Origin: Bugula neritina
Taxonomy: Eukaryota > Animalia > Bryozoa
Length of the DNA stretch: 64,000 bases
Assembly (NCBI GenBank): GCA_964035545.1
Contig: OZ037767.1
Location: 19,236,628 to 19,300,627 of the forward strand
Direction: 5' to 3'
Shown here: positions 35,253-49,089 of the stretch, in pieces
Numbering within the stretch: the first letter of the stretch is position 1
Layout of the letters: each line of letters opens with the position of its first letter
Notes under the pieces: model-generated
Told to the model about the DNA's origin: nothing
Database searches by the model: none
Seen by the model: the letters and a program-made list of their open reading frames with translations, nothing else
Position numbers and translations under genes: made by a program

Positions 35253-37859
35253 CTGATTGAAGAGATTCATGTTAGTCAATAATAGTTTGGAGATCATTGT
35301 CTCTTTCTAATATTTTTTAGACAACTTACTTTTCTGTTTTGTTAAAATTGCCTTAGAATAATCTTGTCTTCGACTTTAGTGAACAAAAAATCAAATAACA
35401 TAGAAATCTGCACGTACGCAGCTTATTTCCCTGCAGTTTTTTGTCAGCAAGAGACCTGTACAACTTCATTTGTTACTAGGAAAACAGTTTACTCTATGTA
35501 GATTGTATGCTGTGTTTTATATGCCACACACTTGGTGTATAGTGGACAAACATGACATGAGTTGCAAGTAGAAATGCTGTTTGGGGTTAAAATGACAGTT
35601 TCTCAAGCTTAGGGCATCGTTTCGGCTCATGAAGCTCGCGTCTTTTTTTAAACTTACTATGTCTGACTGATTCTTCACTTTCTTGTAAGATTTTCTTTCT
35701 TATAAATGTACTCTTTCTAACAATCAACTATTTATGCTTCTTTAAGTTTCAATTGTAGCAGCATAACTTTGCTATTATATATTCATCATTTTGAAACATA
35801 TTTATTTCAAACTTATAGTTTTCCCCTTATTTGTAATGTTGACTAGTTATAGATTTTGCTGCGTTGCAAATGCTAATATTTATTATATAAGCTAGCCTAT
35901 TGTGTAACATTAGTACTTATAGTGTAGGTGTAGTACGATGTACTTATGTTTTATGCCACGCTTGTATTTGATAGTAATCCAATATTGCTGCGTTTTTTAA
36001 AAATCTTAAAAAAACATTACTTGTCATATTTGTATTTCCCCTTAATCTGGCTAAATTTTTATATCTACAAATTTTAAAATTAATATTAGCTTGCTGGTGT
36101 AAGAACAATCAGAATTATAGGTGTAACTTTGGGGTATGGAGTGTTATTTTTAGCTGTTGTATATAATATTAATATATAGTTCATTGAGTATACAAGATTT
36201 TATCAAAAATACAAATATTATAATCTCATGAAGTATGGTTTATTTGCCAATCTCTTTAAAAGATGTCAAGATTCACATTAAATCAATTCAATCAATATTG
36301 GATAAAACTTTTAAACCAGTATGTTTTTGTTCAATCCTCAAGTTGGAATCCCATAATATTGCTGTATTCCTCACATCATAGTGTAGATTCGTTATGAAAC
36401 TATATTACAGCTTATACAACAATTAATAATGCACATCATTCCTTCAGCACTCAGGATGGTAAATCTTGAGACTAATTCAGAGACATTACATACTTTGTAG
36501 GTAGGAAATCAACACAGTTTCTGTAAGGTTATTATATTATATGTGAAACAAGAGGGCTGGTGGGAGGGGGGGGGGAAGAAATATGGAAATTACTGAAAGT
36601 TCCATTGTTTGGTAATTGATGAGATGTTGATCAATTTTGGGATGTCATAACAGGTTCTGTGGTATGGAGCTATGACCTCACCTATTATTATATTATGTCG
36701 TAGCCTTTGGTATGGGTAGCTTCAGCTCCTAGTTGTCAATCTGTAGGAAGAGCAAAGTCTCTGAGTTGGGGTATTCCTGTGGTGGTGTTCTAAAGTCTAG
36801 GAACCTGGGCTATCCCTCACTAGCACACCCTGACGCATTCTGTTAAGTTTCCTTATAGACTCGTATAACACGGGATCGTTCTGTGTAACGAGATCTTTTC
36901 AATCTGTCGCTATTCTCCATCTTTCACTATTACCCCTAGTTCGTCTCTCGCACATATAATCTCTCTTATATTTATTACATTCATACAGGTCACACTTGCA
37001 CTATAATTCTTTTGATGCCGGTAGATTCACTCAAATAGAGTTGTGCTCTCTCTACATGCATTTAATAGCAAGAGAAGACAACTACAACCGAGTTGGAGTC
37101 TTGATATAACCTTATATTGCATAGATACATGATATTTGTATACATAATCTTCACTTCTACATAGAACATACAAAACAGTAAGCTGGTGCTAGTGTATAAG
37201 CAAATAACAGCTGGCCTACTATTTTATTACCCATTTTGACTTTTAACAGGCATGGCAACCCAAAGGTGCATTTTGATATAAAAAAGAACTTCACATGTTT
37301 GGTTTAAGAGTCATAATTTAGTGTATCAAAACAACGGGTTCACATGGTTTCTTTCGAACTTTGAATTTATACATGCAGTTCGCATCATGTAACAAGTATA
37401 TTGCTGGTTGCTTGAAGCCCAAAAACTCTGAGTGTTATGCAAAAACAATACATATATATGTATATCAGAGGGTCCCAAAATCGCGATGCCTGATTATCTA
37501 ATTCCATTGCATTTACCTTAAGTTTAATTTTCAATATTGGCTAACAAGGCTAGGTATGGTATAATATAAATGCATACAGATTTTGGGTTTTAATGGTTTG
37601 CTGCACAGCTGTAGTTGATACAGATATTACGTAGTATTGTTGTTGTAGGGCACATTGAGATAAAGCAGGTCAAAATTGTAGTGATGAGTTTACCCAGTAG
37701 TCCACTGGTGTATTGTTTAGCGCGGCTGTGTGCAAACCTCATAGGTCTGTGGCTCCAATCCCGAAAGGGACAACTACCTTTTAAGCTATTTTGGCCTTTA
37801 ATGACGTGTAATAGTAAAAATAGTACTCTGAGGGAGTTAAAAGGCCAAAGTAGCTTGGG

Positions 37860-38015
37860 GACATTAGTGCAACTATTAGCACATTTAGCACATTTTAGCA
37901 CATTTAGGCATTTTTTGGCATCATTGGACACTTTTCAGCACTTTTCGCCACATTACTGCAACTTTTAGCACATTTTAGCACATTTGGTCACTTTTGAGCA
38001 CTTTTTAGCACATTA
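37860..38015. repeat. Degenerate 10-12-bp repeats (TTAGCACATTT)
   Basis: About 12 variant copies; possibly subterminal repeats of a decayed transposon. Confidence 0.6.
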
Positions 38016-39809
38016 GTAGACCACATTGTGTTTGCTTATGAACCAGGGGTGATAGCTTACAGTGAAAACTTGTGACTGGAGTAAACAGCTTACTACAACC
38101 AGTGGCTTGCGCTAACTTGAGACCAGCGAAACAAACAGCAGGTAGAAAAGACAACTGATCCAGCCCCAGCATTGTTAAATTAGTACAACATCTATCAACT
38201 CCATGCACTGTCAAGTCTCCAGCATTGTCAACAATAGCTACACTGCCAACCACTATAGTAACCAACACTCACACTCTGGTCACATATTACTACAGCATCA
38301 AGTCATCAACATAAACAAGCTACAGCTAAGTAATCATTACTTCTAAGATTTCATTCATTGCTAATCACACAAATTATGATCAAACATTACACAGAAACTA
38401 CAGCTTTTATCCCACAAGGCTTGATTGAAAATAGTTTCACTATTTCTGGGTATTATTGAAAATATTTGTCTCTTTGTATTCATTGGGAATCATTTCCTTA
38501 TGCTCATTCTGTAAATTGGCTTTTTATATTATTTATCACTAGACACTAGGTATCAAATTTACTTGTGTAAAATCATACACATAAGGGCAGTCTTATGCTG
38601 AAAGTAGGCGCATTATAACGACTGTCAAATTCAGCTACATATATTAGACCAATACTACTTAGTTACATGCACTATTACAGAATCATACATCAGAAACTTC
38701 TGGAGCAATTAATTTCATTGGCTGGGCATTCAAATTCAGTAGCCTATGAATCACTATCATAACACACGGCTGTGTGTCCAGCAACACCTAGACTCTAGAG
38801 TATATAGAAATCACATTAGAAATTGTTAGTGAATTTCATTTGCTGGTAACACGAGAATTGGTTGACAATATCTCATTATTACAAGGAAAAGAGCTGCAAA
38901 AACAGCTTCTAGATAATCAAACTCCCCAAGAAGCCTAACAGCATTTTAAAGAAGCTAGTGGTTTAGGATTGAGCAAAGAAAAGTTGCAAAGTATTATAGT
39001 GCGCGAATTTGACCAAATTGCAGGCGGTAGAAAAATTATTTCATCAAAACTTGTGCATTGGCTTCATGCAATAGACCTCAATAGCACTAACGGCATAAAT
39101 AGCATCTCCAACGTGCTTCATATGACTGAAGGAGTAGTGGTAGAGAGGCTAGTGGGGCAAAGCTATTTTATAAGAATAATGTGCCAAATGTCAGAAAAGC
39201 TATAAGGCAACTTACATGAGCTCACTGAAGCGGAATAATATATGGGTTCTGATTCAGTGATCTAGCTGTTTTAACAAAATATTCATTTTATGAACAATTT
39301 GACAACGATGCTATATGGGCAGAGACATTGAGGTCTCCATAATTATTAATTTACCTCAATTTCTTCTACCTTTTCACTGGTGGTGGCCGACTATAGCGAT
39401 GATGAAATTTCGCTATAAGCAGCTCCAAGTTGGGGATGCCAAAAGTGCAATATTTTGAGATTCCGGAGATTAGAGTTCCAAGTTTTATATTACATCCCAA
39501 CTCTAAACTCGAGAGTTGCAATTTACTGCACTCAGTCACCCCCAGCTGCGAGCTTCTAATAGAACTACTCGCGAAGACGCAACTCCGCCCCAAATAGTAG
39601 CAACACTCAATAATTTTTTTACTTTATTTCAACGGGTATTACACTGCTCTGCCCGCAAAAGTTTGTACTTACGGTCTAAAAACTAAAGCGTGCTCTTTTC
39701 CATAAGAGCTCTCATAAATCATAAGACGAGTCACAAGTCCAAGACATATGTGCTGTTTTTAATTTTTGTTGTAAGAACGATCACAATAGTTAGCGATTGT
39801 AATTGAGTA

Positions 39810-40510
39810 TTTAACCATACTCAGCATGCTCATACTAATGCGGTAACATGGTGCCATTGGATTACCAATTGGCTATTGGCCAGACCCATGGACTGGACTT
39901 GGAGTGATCATTTGCACATTCACATTGGCATCCGCATTGGGCCATTGCCCATTGGGCTTGGTAACGATAATGATAATCATAATCCGATTCCAGCAATATG
40001 AATATGAATTTTTATTTCAATTTAGCAATTTCAATTCATATTCAAACTTTATTTTAGGCTTATGGTTATTGCTAGCTTATTAAGCACTGGTATAACTATA
40101 ACTATAAGTAATCATAATGATAATCATAATGGTAATACTATTACTATTAGTATTAGTATTAGTATTACTATTACTAATAGTAATACTAATAGTAATATCA
40201 ATACTTATACTGGCAATAGACATAGCCGTGGTTATGGTGTTACACTTACTGTAACTGTAAGAATAATTGTAATAACCAATAAAACTAAATGGATTGATAT
40301 TGAAATTATAATAATTATTATTGAATTAAATTAATTAAAAATTCAATGTATATTTCACTGATTACTATTAGTTATTATTATATCCTTGATCATCCAATAT
40401 TAATAATATAAATTGTGTCTCTTTGATTTATATTTTTTCATTTATTATTTATTTCTATTTTATTTAGTTGTGCATGTTGCAATGTACTTTACTATTATTA
40501 CTATTGATAT
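39810..40510. other. Second ~3/6-bp periodic low-complexity tract (candidate UPRT intron 1)
   Basis: CATTGG ATTACC AATTGG ... GATAAT GATAAT CATAAT ... ACTATT AGTATT AGTATT ACTAAT AGTAAT; begins at a candidate donor GA|GTATTT (39807), downstream of a GC-box CCGCCCC (~39585). Confidence 0.55.
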
Positions 40511-40932
40511 TATAATTAGGAAAAGCATGTTGCATAATCTCTGACATGTTTGGTTTATGCATTAATGAACTATTCACATATATCTTAGCTATGAGTCAAA
40601 TGCAACTTCAGGGTACTGGTAGTATTGTGGTGGCTCGTGGAGCTACCAGCAGCACAATACGCAGGGTCGCGTAATTGACCCGGAACAATGACAGCCAATT
40701 AGCGGCTTTAGTAGTTAGTAGCAGTAATAGTTTTCCCGCTGATAGTTAGTCAAAGTTTGAGTGCTGGATAATCTAGATGTGTAGAATTATTGAATGTATT
40801 TGTATAGTTTTTGTAATGTGTTCTTGTGCTTAAAATATATACTCGTTCACTCGACTTATCCTGGTGAAGTTTCTAGCAAGTAAATAGACTCTCTGGATTG
40901 CATATCAACCCAAATACTGAAAATCATAACAG

Positions 40933-40950
40933 TGGTGGCAGCGGTGGGAT
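40933..40950 (+). promoter_or_regulatory. Primer-binding site, tRNA-Leu (AAG/TAG)
   Basis: TGGTGGCAGCGGTGGGAT is complementary to the 3' end ATCCCACCGCTGCCA-CCA of metazoan tRNA-Leu(AAG/TAG). Confidence 0.85.
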
Positions 40951-40964
40951 AGTGCACATCCAAG

Positions 40965-41902
40965 ATGGAGACTGAAAACGCTGGAATGCAACCACCGGCA
41001 GCAGAAGGTGGTTGCATTGTCTCTACAGTAGAGACAATGCTGTAGAGACAATGCCGGTAAACCATGTAGTAGAGGAGCGAAGGGTTCCACGGGAACTGAC
41101 TGAGGACCGCTACCGGTTAAAAGCGCCCACCTTCACGGGCGAAGAAGAGGTGGAGCAATTCATCCAAGAGTTTAGCGATGTAATGGACGTCGCCCAGTGG
41201 CCCCCTAGGGTGGCCCTGCTGAAGCTCAGAATGGCATTGATGGACAAAGCCAAGCCCTATGGGCTAGGCGTAGACATCGATAGTATTTTTGCTTCTCTGC
41301 GGGCCCGCTTCGGCATCTCTGCTACAGATGCCCGGGCCCGACTACAGAGGTTGCGGCGTGATCTTCACACCCCGCTACGGGAACATGCCGCCGCGGTCAT
41401 GAAGCTGGCACAGATCGCGTACAGCGATTTGCCTCAAGCCAACCGCGAGAGGTATACCCTTGACGCCTTCATACAATCTGTCAACGATCTAGGTCTCCAC
41501 CACCAGTTTCTAGCTAGATGAGTCACCACCGTTGAAGATGCTCTGACAGAGGGGGAAGCTTATCTCCTGGCCAATCAGATGCATAAAAGTCGCGGGAACT
41601 CCCGTCTGGTGGAGATGGACCGCGCGGACACGGCAGCGGGGCGAGAGGAGGAAACCTCCGCATCGAAAGTCACTCAACTGACCGACATGCTGGCCAAACT
41701 GATAGCAACACTGACACCCCAAACCCCAGTAGGTACCGCCGCTGAGCCTGTACGGCCACCGGCATCGCCACCGGGGGAAACAGTCAGTTTTTGCTGGGAG
41801 TGCGGAAATCAAGGACATTTTCGCAGGTACTGTCCCTTCCTAACTCCGGGGTTAAACTACCGCGGCCCGCAGATGTTCCCACCTCCTGCGGGCCGACGAT
41901 GA
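40965..41902 (+). pseudogene. gag: Gag of the LTR element (disrupted)
   Basis: ATG at 40965; a 14-bp duplication (GTAGAGACAATGC x2, ~41027-41054) shifts the frame; in-frame TGA at 41519. Capsid-like LKAPTFTGEEEVEQFIQEF and zinc knuckle CWECGNQGHFRRYC. Confidence 0.85.
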
Positions 41903-41915
41903 AACCTCCAGGGAA
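41851..41915 (+). promoter_or_regulatory. Putative -1 ribosomal frameshift signal (slippery G-TTA-AAC plus stem-loop/pseudoknot)
   Basis: GTTAAAC 41851-41857 in the gag frame; 5-nt spacer; perfect 10-bp stem CGGCCCGCAG (41863-41872) / CTGCGGGCCG (41886-41895). Loop TTCCC can pair with GGGAA at 41911-41915. The -1 frame is the protease ORF. Confidence 0.75.
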
Positions 41916-43128
41916 GAAGAAACGCAGGTCACTCAGACGGGTACCGCGTGCTGGCAACCGAGGGTGGCAACAGCCGCGACGGGCCAGCAAGGGGCTCCGC
42001 CCCGCCGCTACCTTTGCCATGCCCCTCCACAATCGATTCGACCGGCTACCCGCCCAAGAATCTGGATGGGAGCTAACGAAGGTAGCCGGAAACCTAACCT
42101 CGGCACCCCCGAGGCCCACTTACCACCATCCCAAGAGATCTCCTTCGCGACCTAAAGCGAGGGAGGTACTCCCTGCGAGAGCAAGGCCGGAAGAGAGAGT
42201 TCAGGTGCAGCCCCATGGGAACAGCTATTTCTTGCCCGGCAAATTGGAAGGCAAAGCTGTTACTTTCCTAATTGATTCGGGCTGTACCACGAACCTCCTA
42301 AGCCGCCAACTCTTTGACACCCTCAGTGCTAGGGTCAGGGGCGAGATGGAACCGTACGAGGGGGAGTATGGCACCCTGGCTGACGGGTCGTGCCTTCCCT
42401 TCTATGGTATAATTGAGCTGACGGGACGCGTCCGTGATCAAACGATCCAAGAGACGTTTATCGTCAGTCAGCTCAAGGAGGACGCCATCCTCGGGATGCC
42501 ATTCCTGAAACGGCACGGGTGTCACATCGATTTTAGTAAATCTGCGATGATGATGTCCGGGCGAGAACTCACCTGCGTCGACAAGGGACCTGAATACAAA
42601 GTGGTCATACCGTGGGAGGAAGACTTGGTGAGAGATGAGCGACCGCTTTTACCAACAGAAGCGCGTCCGCCACTGCCAAGTCTGACTCCATCACTTCCAG
42701 AAACCGAGCCGGTTCCGGAAGTGCAAAACCCCACGGAGGGAGGAGCTCCATCCGGAGAACAAGAAGAAGTGACCACTAACGGTGAAGTAGAGACGCCACC
42801 AGAGGCCCCTACTAATACACCGACGAGTGTGTCACCTCCCCTAGAGCGGGGACAACGTACGAGGCAACCCCCTGCATATTTGAAGGACTTCGTATGTGGC
42901 TGCATTAAAAGCGGCGCGTATGAAAGTCTAGGGGAAAACCGTACGGGAAAAGTATCGAGCAAATGTGGGAGTTGTCAACACCACGGAAATATCAACTTTT
43001 GTATCGGCGGAAGTAGAAACAAAATTCATCCGCCGGGTGCACAAAGTCTTAATCACGCACCCCAACCACGTTGCTCGATCTTTTCATATGCTGATGCAGT
43101 CAAGAGTAAACGTGTTCCTAATCAGTAG
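41851..43128 (+). CDS. pol: Truncated pol: aspartic protease fused in frame to an integrase C-terminal tail-like segment
   Basis: FLIDSGCTTNLL and AILGMPFL protease motifs. After ELTCVDK (~42585) the ORF continues into a Pro/Glu-rich tail with RTRQPPAYLKDF, typical of the end of Gypsy pol. No YxDD, RNaseH or DDE motifs. Confidence 0.8.
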   Translation, partial: VKLPRPADVPTSCGPTMKPPGKKKRRSLRRVPRAGNRGWQQPRRASKGLRPAATFAMPLHNRFDRLPAQESGWELTKVAGNLTSAPPRPTYHHPKRSPSRPKAREVLPARARPEERVQVQPHGNSYFLPGKLEGKAVTFLIDSGCTTNLLSRQLFDTLSARVRGEMEPYEGEYGTLADGSCLPFYGIIELTGRVRDQTIQETFIVSQLKEDAILGMPFLKRHGCHIDFSKSAMMMSGRELTCVDKGPEYKVVIPWEEDLVRDERPLLPTEARPPLPSLTPSLPETEPVPEVQNPTEGGAPSGEQEEVTTNGEVETPPEAPTNTPTSVSPPLERGQRTRQPPAYLKDFVCGCIKSGAYESLGENRTGKVSSKCGSCQHHGNINFCIGGSRNKIHPPGAQSLNHAPQPRCSIFSYADAVKSKRVPNQ

Positions 43129-43410
43129 TACAAACCATTTCACAAATTCAGTATGTCTTACGACAGCGGATCGTGGGGTGAGTTAACTATATCTTGATAT
43201 GGAAACTAGATTGCATCACTCAGCTCCGACTCACTGAGTCAAAGGAGCTGGAGATAGGTTAGTGATCTACCATGGTCAGAACTCAGCTTGACTTAGAGAT
43301 TTTACAATCTCATGGCAATAAGTGTTCTATCCAACTATTCACTACCGTAAATCTCTACGAGTGCTAACTGAACGAGAAGTTGCCAGGCTGTTCAAGCCGG
43401 CAACACTGCA

Positions 43411-44223
43411 GTGTATTATACTAACGCTGTTGAAACTCGTTCAGGTTATACTCGACCCGTTACAAACAGGGTACGGGATAGAGCACTTCCCGCTCCGCAT
43501 CACGAGGAGTACACCAATGGTGACCGGCCTGAGCCACTGCGCCGCCGCTGGCGGTGGGTGTCGCCGGAAACAGAGGAGCAGATAGAAACAGCCTGGGGAT
43601 TCAAAGGAAGGACGCGGTGCCAGATATGTGACGAAGAGTGCGCCTCTCACCGCTCCTTGAAGCTGCATGTCAACGCCCACCTATTACTCACATTCTGTCC
43701 CTGCGGATATAATGATGTCTACCCCTACCCCGTCACTAGACACCGAGCGGCGGGCTGTTTCTCCGGAGAGAATTATGTGGTAGATGCCAAACTCTATCCA
43801 GAATTCTTAACTCTGATATGACCCCTAGTGAAGAAAGCGATGCTGTTGGCCGTCCTGACCTCGGGTTTCCAGCGCGTACTAGACTACGCCAGGCAACAAT
43901 CTCCGTTGGTGTCTGACCGCCCTCAGATTGTGTACACTCCCGAAGAGTTTTCTTACCCCGAAGGAGAAGTCTCCCCTCCACCAACGAAAAGGCGGACCCG
44001 GTCTCCAAGTCCCCCCCTTCGTCGAAGACGGACACCGTCCCCAGACCCCGCTCGCTTAGCCACTGTAGAGGAACGTCTCCTCCGACTACAGGCTGAGTTT
44101 ACCCAGTTAGCACCGGATCTGCTTAACACCACGACAGGACTTTATCAGTTGAAAGGTTCGGTTGGCCGGATTAAGAGGAAGCTACGTGCCCGACAGGCCA
44201 AACATCGGCTGGCCAAACACTGA
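43411..44223 (+). pseudogene. Accessory ORF of the LTR element: C2H2 + C2HC zinc fingers, SR/NLS-like segment, coiled coil (one internal TGA)
   Basis: ORFs 43411-43821 and 43828-44223 are the same frame, separated by TGA 43819-43821. CQICx12HVNAH; CPCx12HRAAGC; KRRTRSPSPPLRRRRTPSP; heptads LATVEERLLRLQAEFTQL...LYQLKGSVGRIKRKL. Start codon uncertain. Confidence 0.65.
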
Positions 44224-44407
44224 CTCTGGTTCTTCTGCCCGGAATGATCCGCAAGCCTCATCCTCTTGGGGGAACCCAAGACTATCATGCAAATGCTTGA
44301 CAGCTCGACAGCCCGACTCCTTGTCCAATACTACAACTAGCCGGTATTCCTTCTCTATAGCTGGCCAATTGTATGTGGCATGCTGTTATAATGACTCTGT
44401 CTGTTAT

Positions 44408-44410
<3 letters not shown>

Positions 44411-44472
<62 letters not shown>
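44411..44472. repeat. (TA)n microsatellite inside the LTR element
   Basis: About 30 TA units. Confidence 0.95.
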
Positions 44473-44475
<3 letters not shown>

Positions 44476-45331
44476 ATGTCTTTTTGTCTACTGATGTACG
44501 TGGTGAATTATGGAATGTTTTTTTTGTATCAGAAAAAGGGCTTTCTGCTGATGGGGGCGGTGTGGTGGCTCAAGGAGCTACCAGCAGCGCAATACGCAGG
44601 GTCGCGTAATTGACCCGGAACAATGACAGCCAATTAGCGGCTTTAGTAGTTAGTAGCAGTAATAGTTTTCCCGCTGATAGTTAGTCGAAGTTAGAGTGCT
44701 GGATAATCTAGATGTGTAGAATTGTAAATGTATTTGTATAGTTTTTGTAATGTGTTCTTGTGCTTAAAATATATACTCGTTCACTCGACTTATCCTGGTG
44801 AAGTTTCTAGCAAGTAAATAGACTCTCTGGATTGCATATCAACCCAAATACTGAAAATCATAACAGTATGTCCAAGCATATTGGTTGCAGTGTATCGTGG
44901 ATTAGTTCTATAGTGTATCTCACTTGCTGATGGTGTTGCTATTAGGCTTAGTGTCTAATACACTGTAGAACTAATTAATAGTAGTTATTAGTTACAATTT
45001 TAAATACATATGATTAGGAATAGTGATAAATATTATTCGAACACCAATCTTTGTCTGCTGATACTGAACATGGTACCATTTAGGGGCAGTAGTGGAGAAA
45101 TTGACTGATACTAACACTCTATTAGTCGTAATATTTTAGTGATACTGATAATAATAATCACAATAATTTTGATTGTGAAAAAAAGGTTCAACAGTCCCAG
45201 CAAAAATAATTCAATTTTCTTGTGATAGTTGTATTTGTATTTAAAGCTGTAATGATATAAACCTGTAACTTTTGCATTTTTTCAAAATTCGAATTAAAGC
45301 ATCTGCCAAACATTTTAGTTCAAAGTTAAAT

Positions 45332-47712
<2,381 letters not shown>

Positions 47713-49089
47713 TTGTCTGATGAGGAAATGGAATTAGTGTCAGCTAATGGTTGTCTAACTATAGATAAACCTGTCCATTAGTAATCACAGTAGAATTATA
47801 TAACCTACATTTTATGCCTGTCATTGTATATATAATTTTTGCATCCAGAGGTGCATTATTTGCTCGTTGAATATTATTTATTCTCTTTTTCACTTCAATT
47901 TTATTGTAAATAATGCTTAAATATTATAATAAGTATAAAATATTATACTTGATGTTTTACATATTTACGCAAAAAACTTGTCATCCTACAAGCTCACTTA
48001 TTTTGAGCTGTACTATTTTTGTACTACATGTCCATTTTGCAGCATATATTTAAGCCATTTAATAAAAATATTAAAATTATGGTGTACATTTATTTCAAAA
48101 ATCTTATGATTTTTTATGTAGAAAGCTAATATTGCTATCTATCTAGAAAACTGTGCTATTACAGGGTAATGATGCTGTTACCAATATCATATAATTCATT
48201 AGGACATTCATTAAGGTAAATTTTGTGATAAAATAAGTTTTAGTGTGTACCTGATAAGAGGACACAACTCTTAATTGTGAGTAGAGGTTCAGGTCTATAA
48301 GCCTGGTCTCTGCCTTCTACGAAAAATTTTACACACTTGTGTAAACATCCTTCTGGCTAAAACTAGTTTCTGCACAAACATTTCCTCTTCTATCGATTTC
48401 ATGGGGTCTTCACCCTCATCAAATAAAAATTTGATAACAAATCTGTTGAACTCTGGACCGTTTTTTGAACCTCATAAGGCTGATAACACATAATCTCAAT
48501 AAAAAAATTATGAGTGATAAGCGCAACAACTCGTTTATAGTCACTATCCCTGTGAGAGCCCCTAAACCATGGTACAGATATAAGTTAAAAAAGAATTAAG
48601 CTTCTATGTTTTATCAACCACTTTTATAGCAAAATTCTCCTTAGATATTGTAGGTCCCTCATAGTCGAGAAGAGACAACTCTAATCTGTATTGAGCTACA
48701 AACTGACTACTTGCATTGTATACAATCTACTGGTAAAACAATTCTAGCTTTTATTATAAAAATGGCATAAAAATATTGATTTATCGCACAAAAACTATAC
48801 GCTACAAGATGCGACTATAAATATATATTTTAAGAAAAATCTGCATATTGAAAATTGACTCGCAGCAAATTATGGCAGAAAAGACTCATGAAGTGTCAAG
48901 TGCTGCCAATACAATTAAGTATGAAAATGGGTAGAAGTGGTACTGCAATTCTTGGTAATTTGGGAAGAAAATAGACAGCCTTGAGGCTAGATAAAAGGAC
49001 AGACACGCTAATATAAGATGTAGCACGTAATAATTGTAAAACTATATGTAAATAAGACGGTGGTGAATACATAGCAGTAGGTTGTCAAG

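Larger units (their letters stand above)
40626..44865 (+). mobile_element. Non-autonomous Ty3/Gypsy LTR retrotransposon (gag + protease, RT/RNaseH/IN core missing, extra 3' zinc-finger ORF)
   Basis: LTRs 40626-40931 and 44561-44865 (TG...CA, ~97% identical), 4-bp TSD GTAT, PBS 40933-40950, purine-rich PPT ATGGGGGCGG 44551-44560. Confidence 0.95.

Noticed and set aside
37590-39593. Short ORFs between parvin and the LTR element (37590-38268, 38969-39205, 39366-39593)
   Set aside because: No recognisable motifs or consistent splice chain; possibly decayed transposon sequence, but unsupported.
43980-44045. Resemblance of RRRRTPSP to the hepadnavirus core C-terminal domain
   Set aside because: Low-complexity Arg/Ser/Pro similarity only; no other hepadnaviral features.
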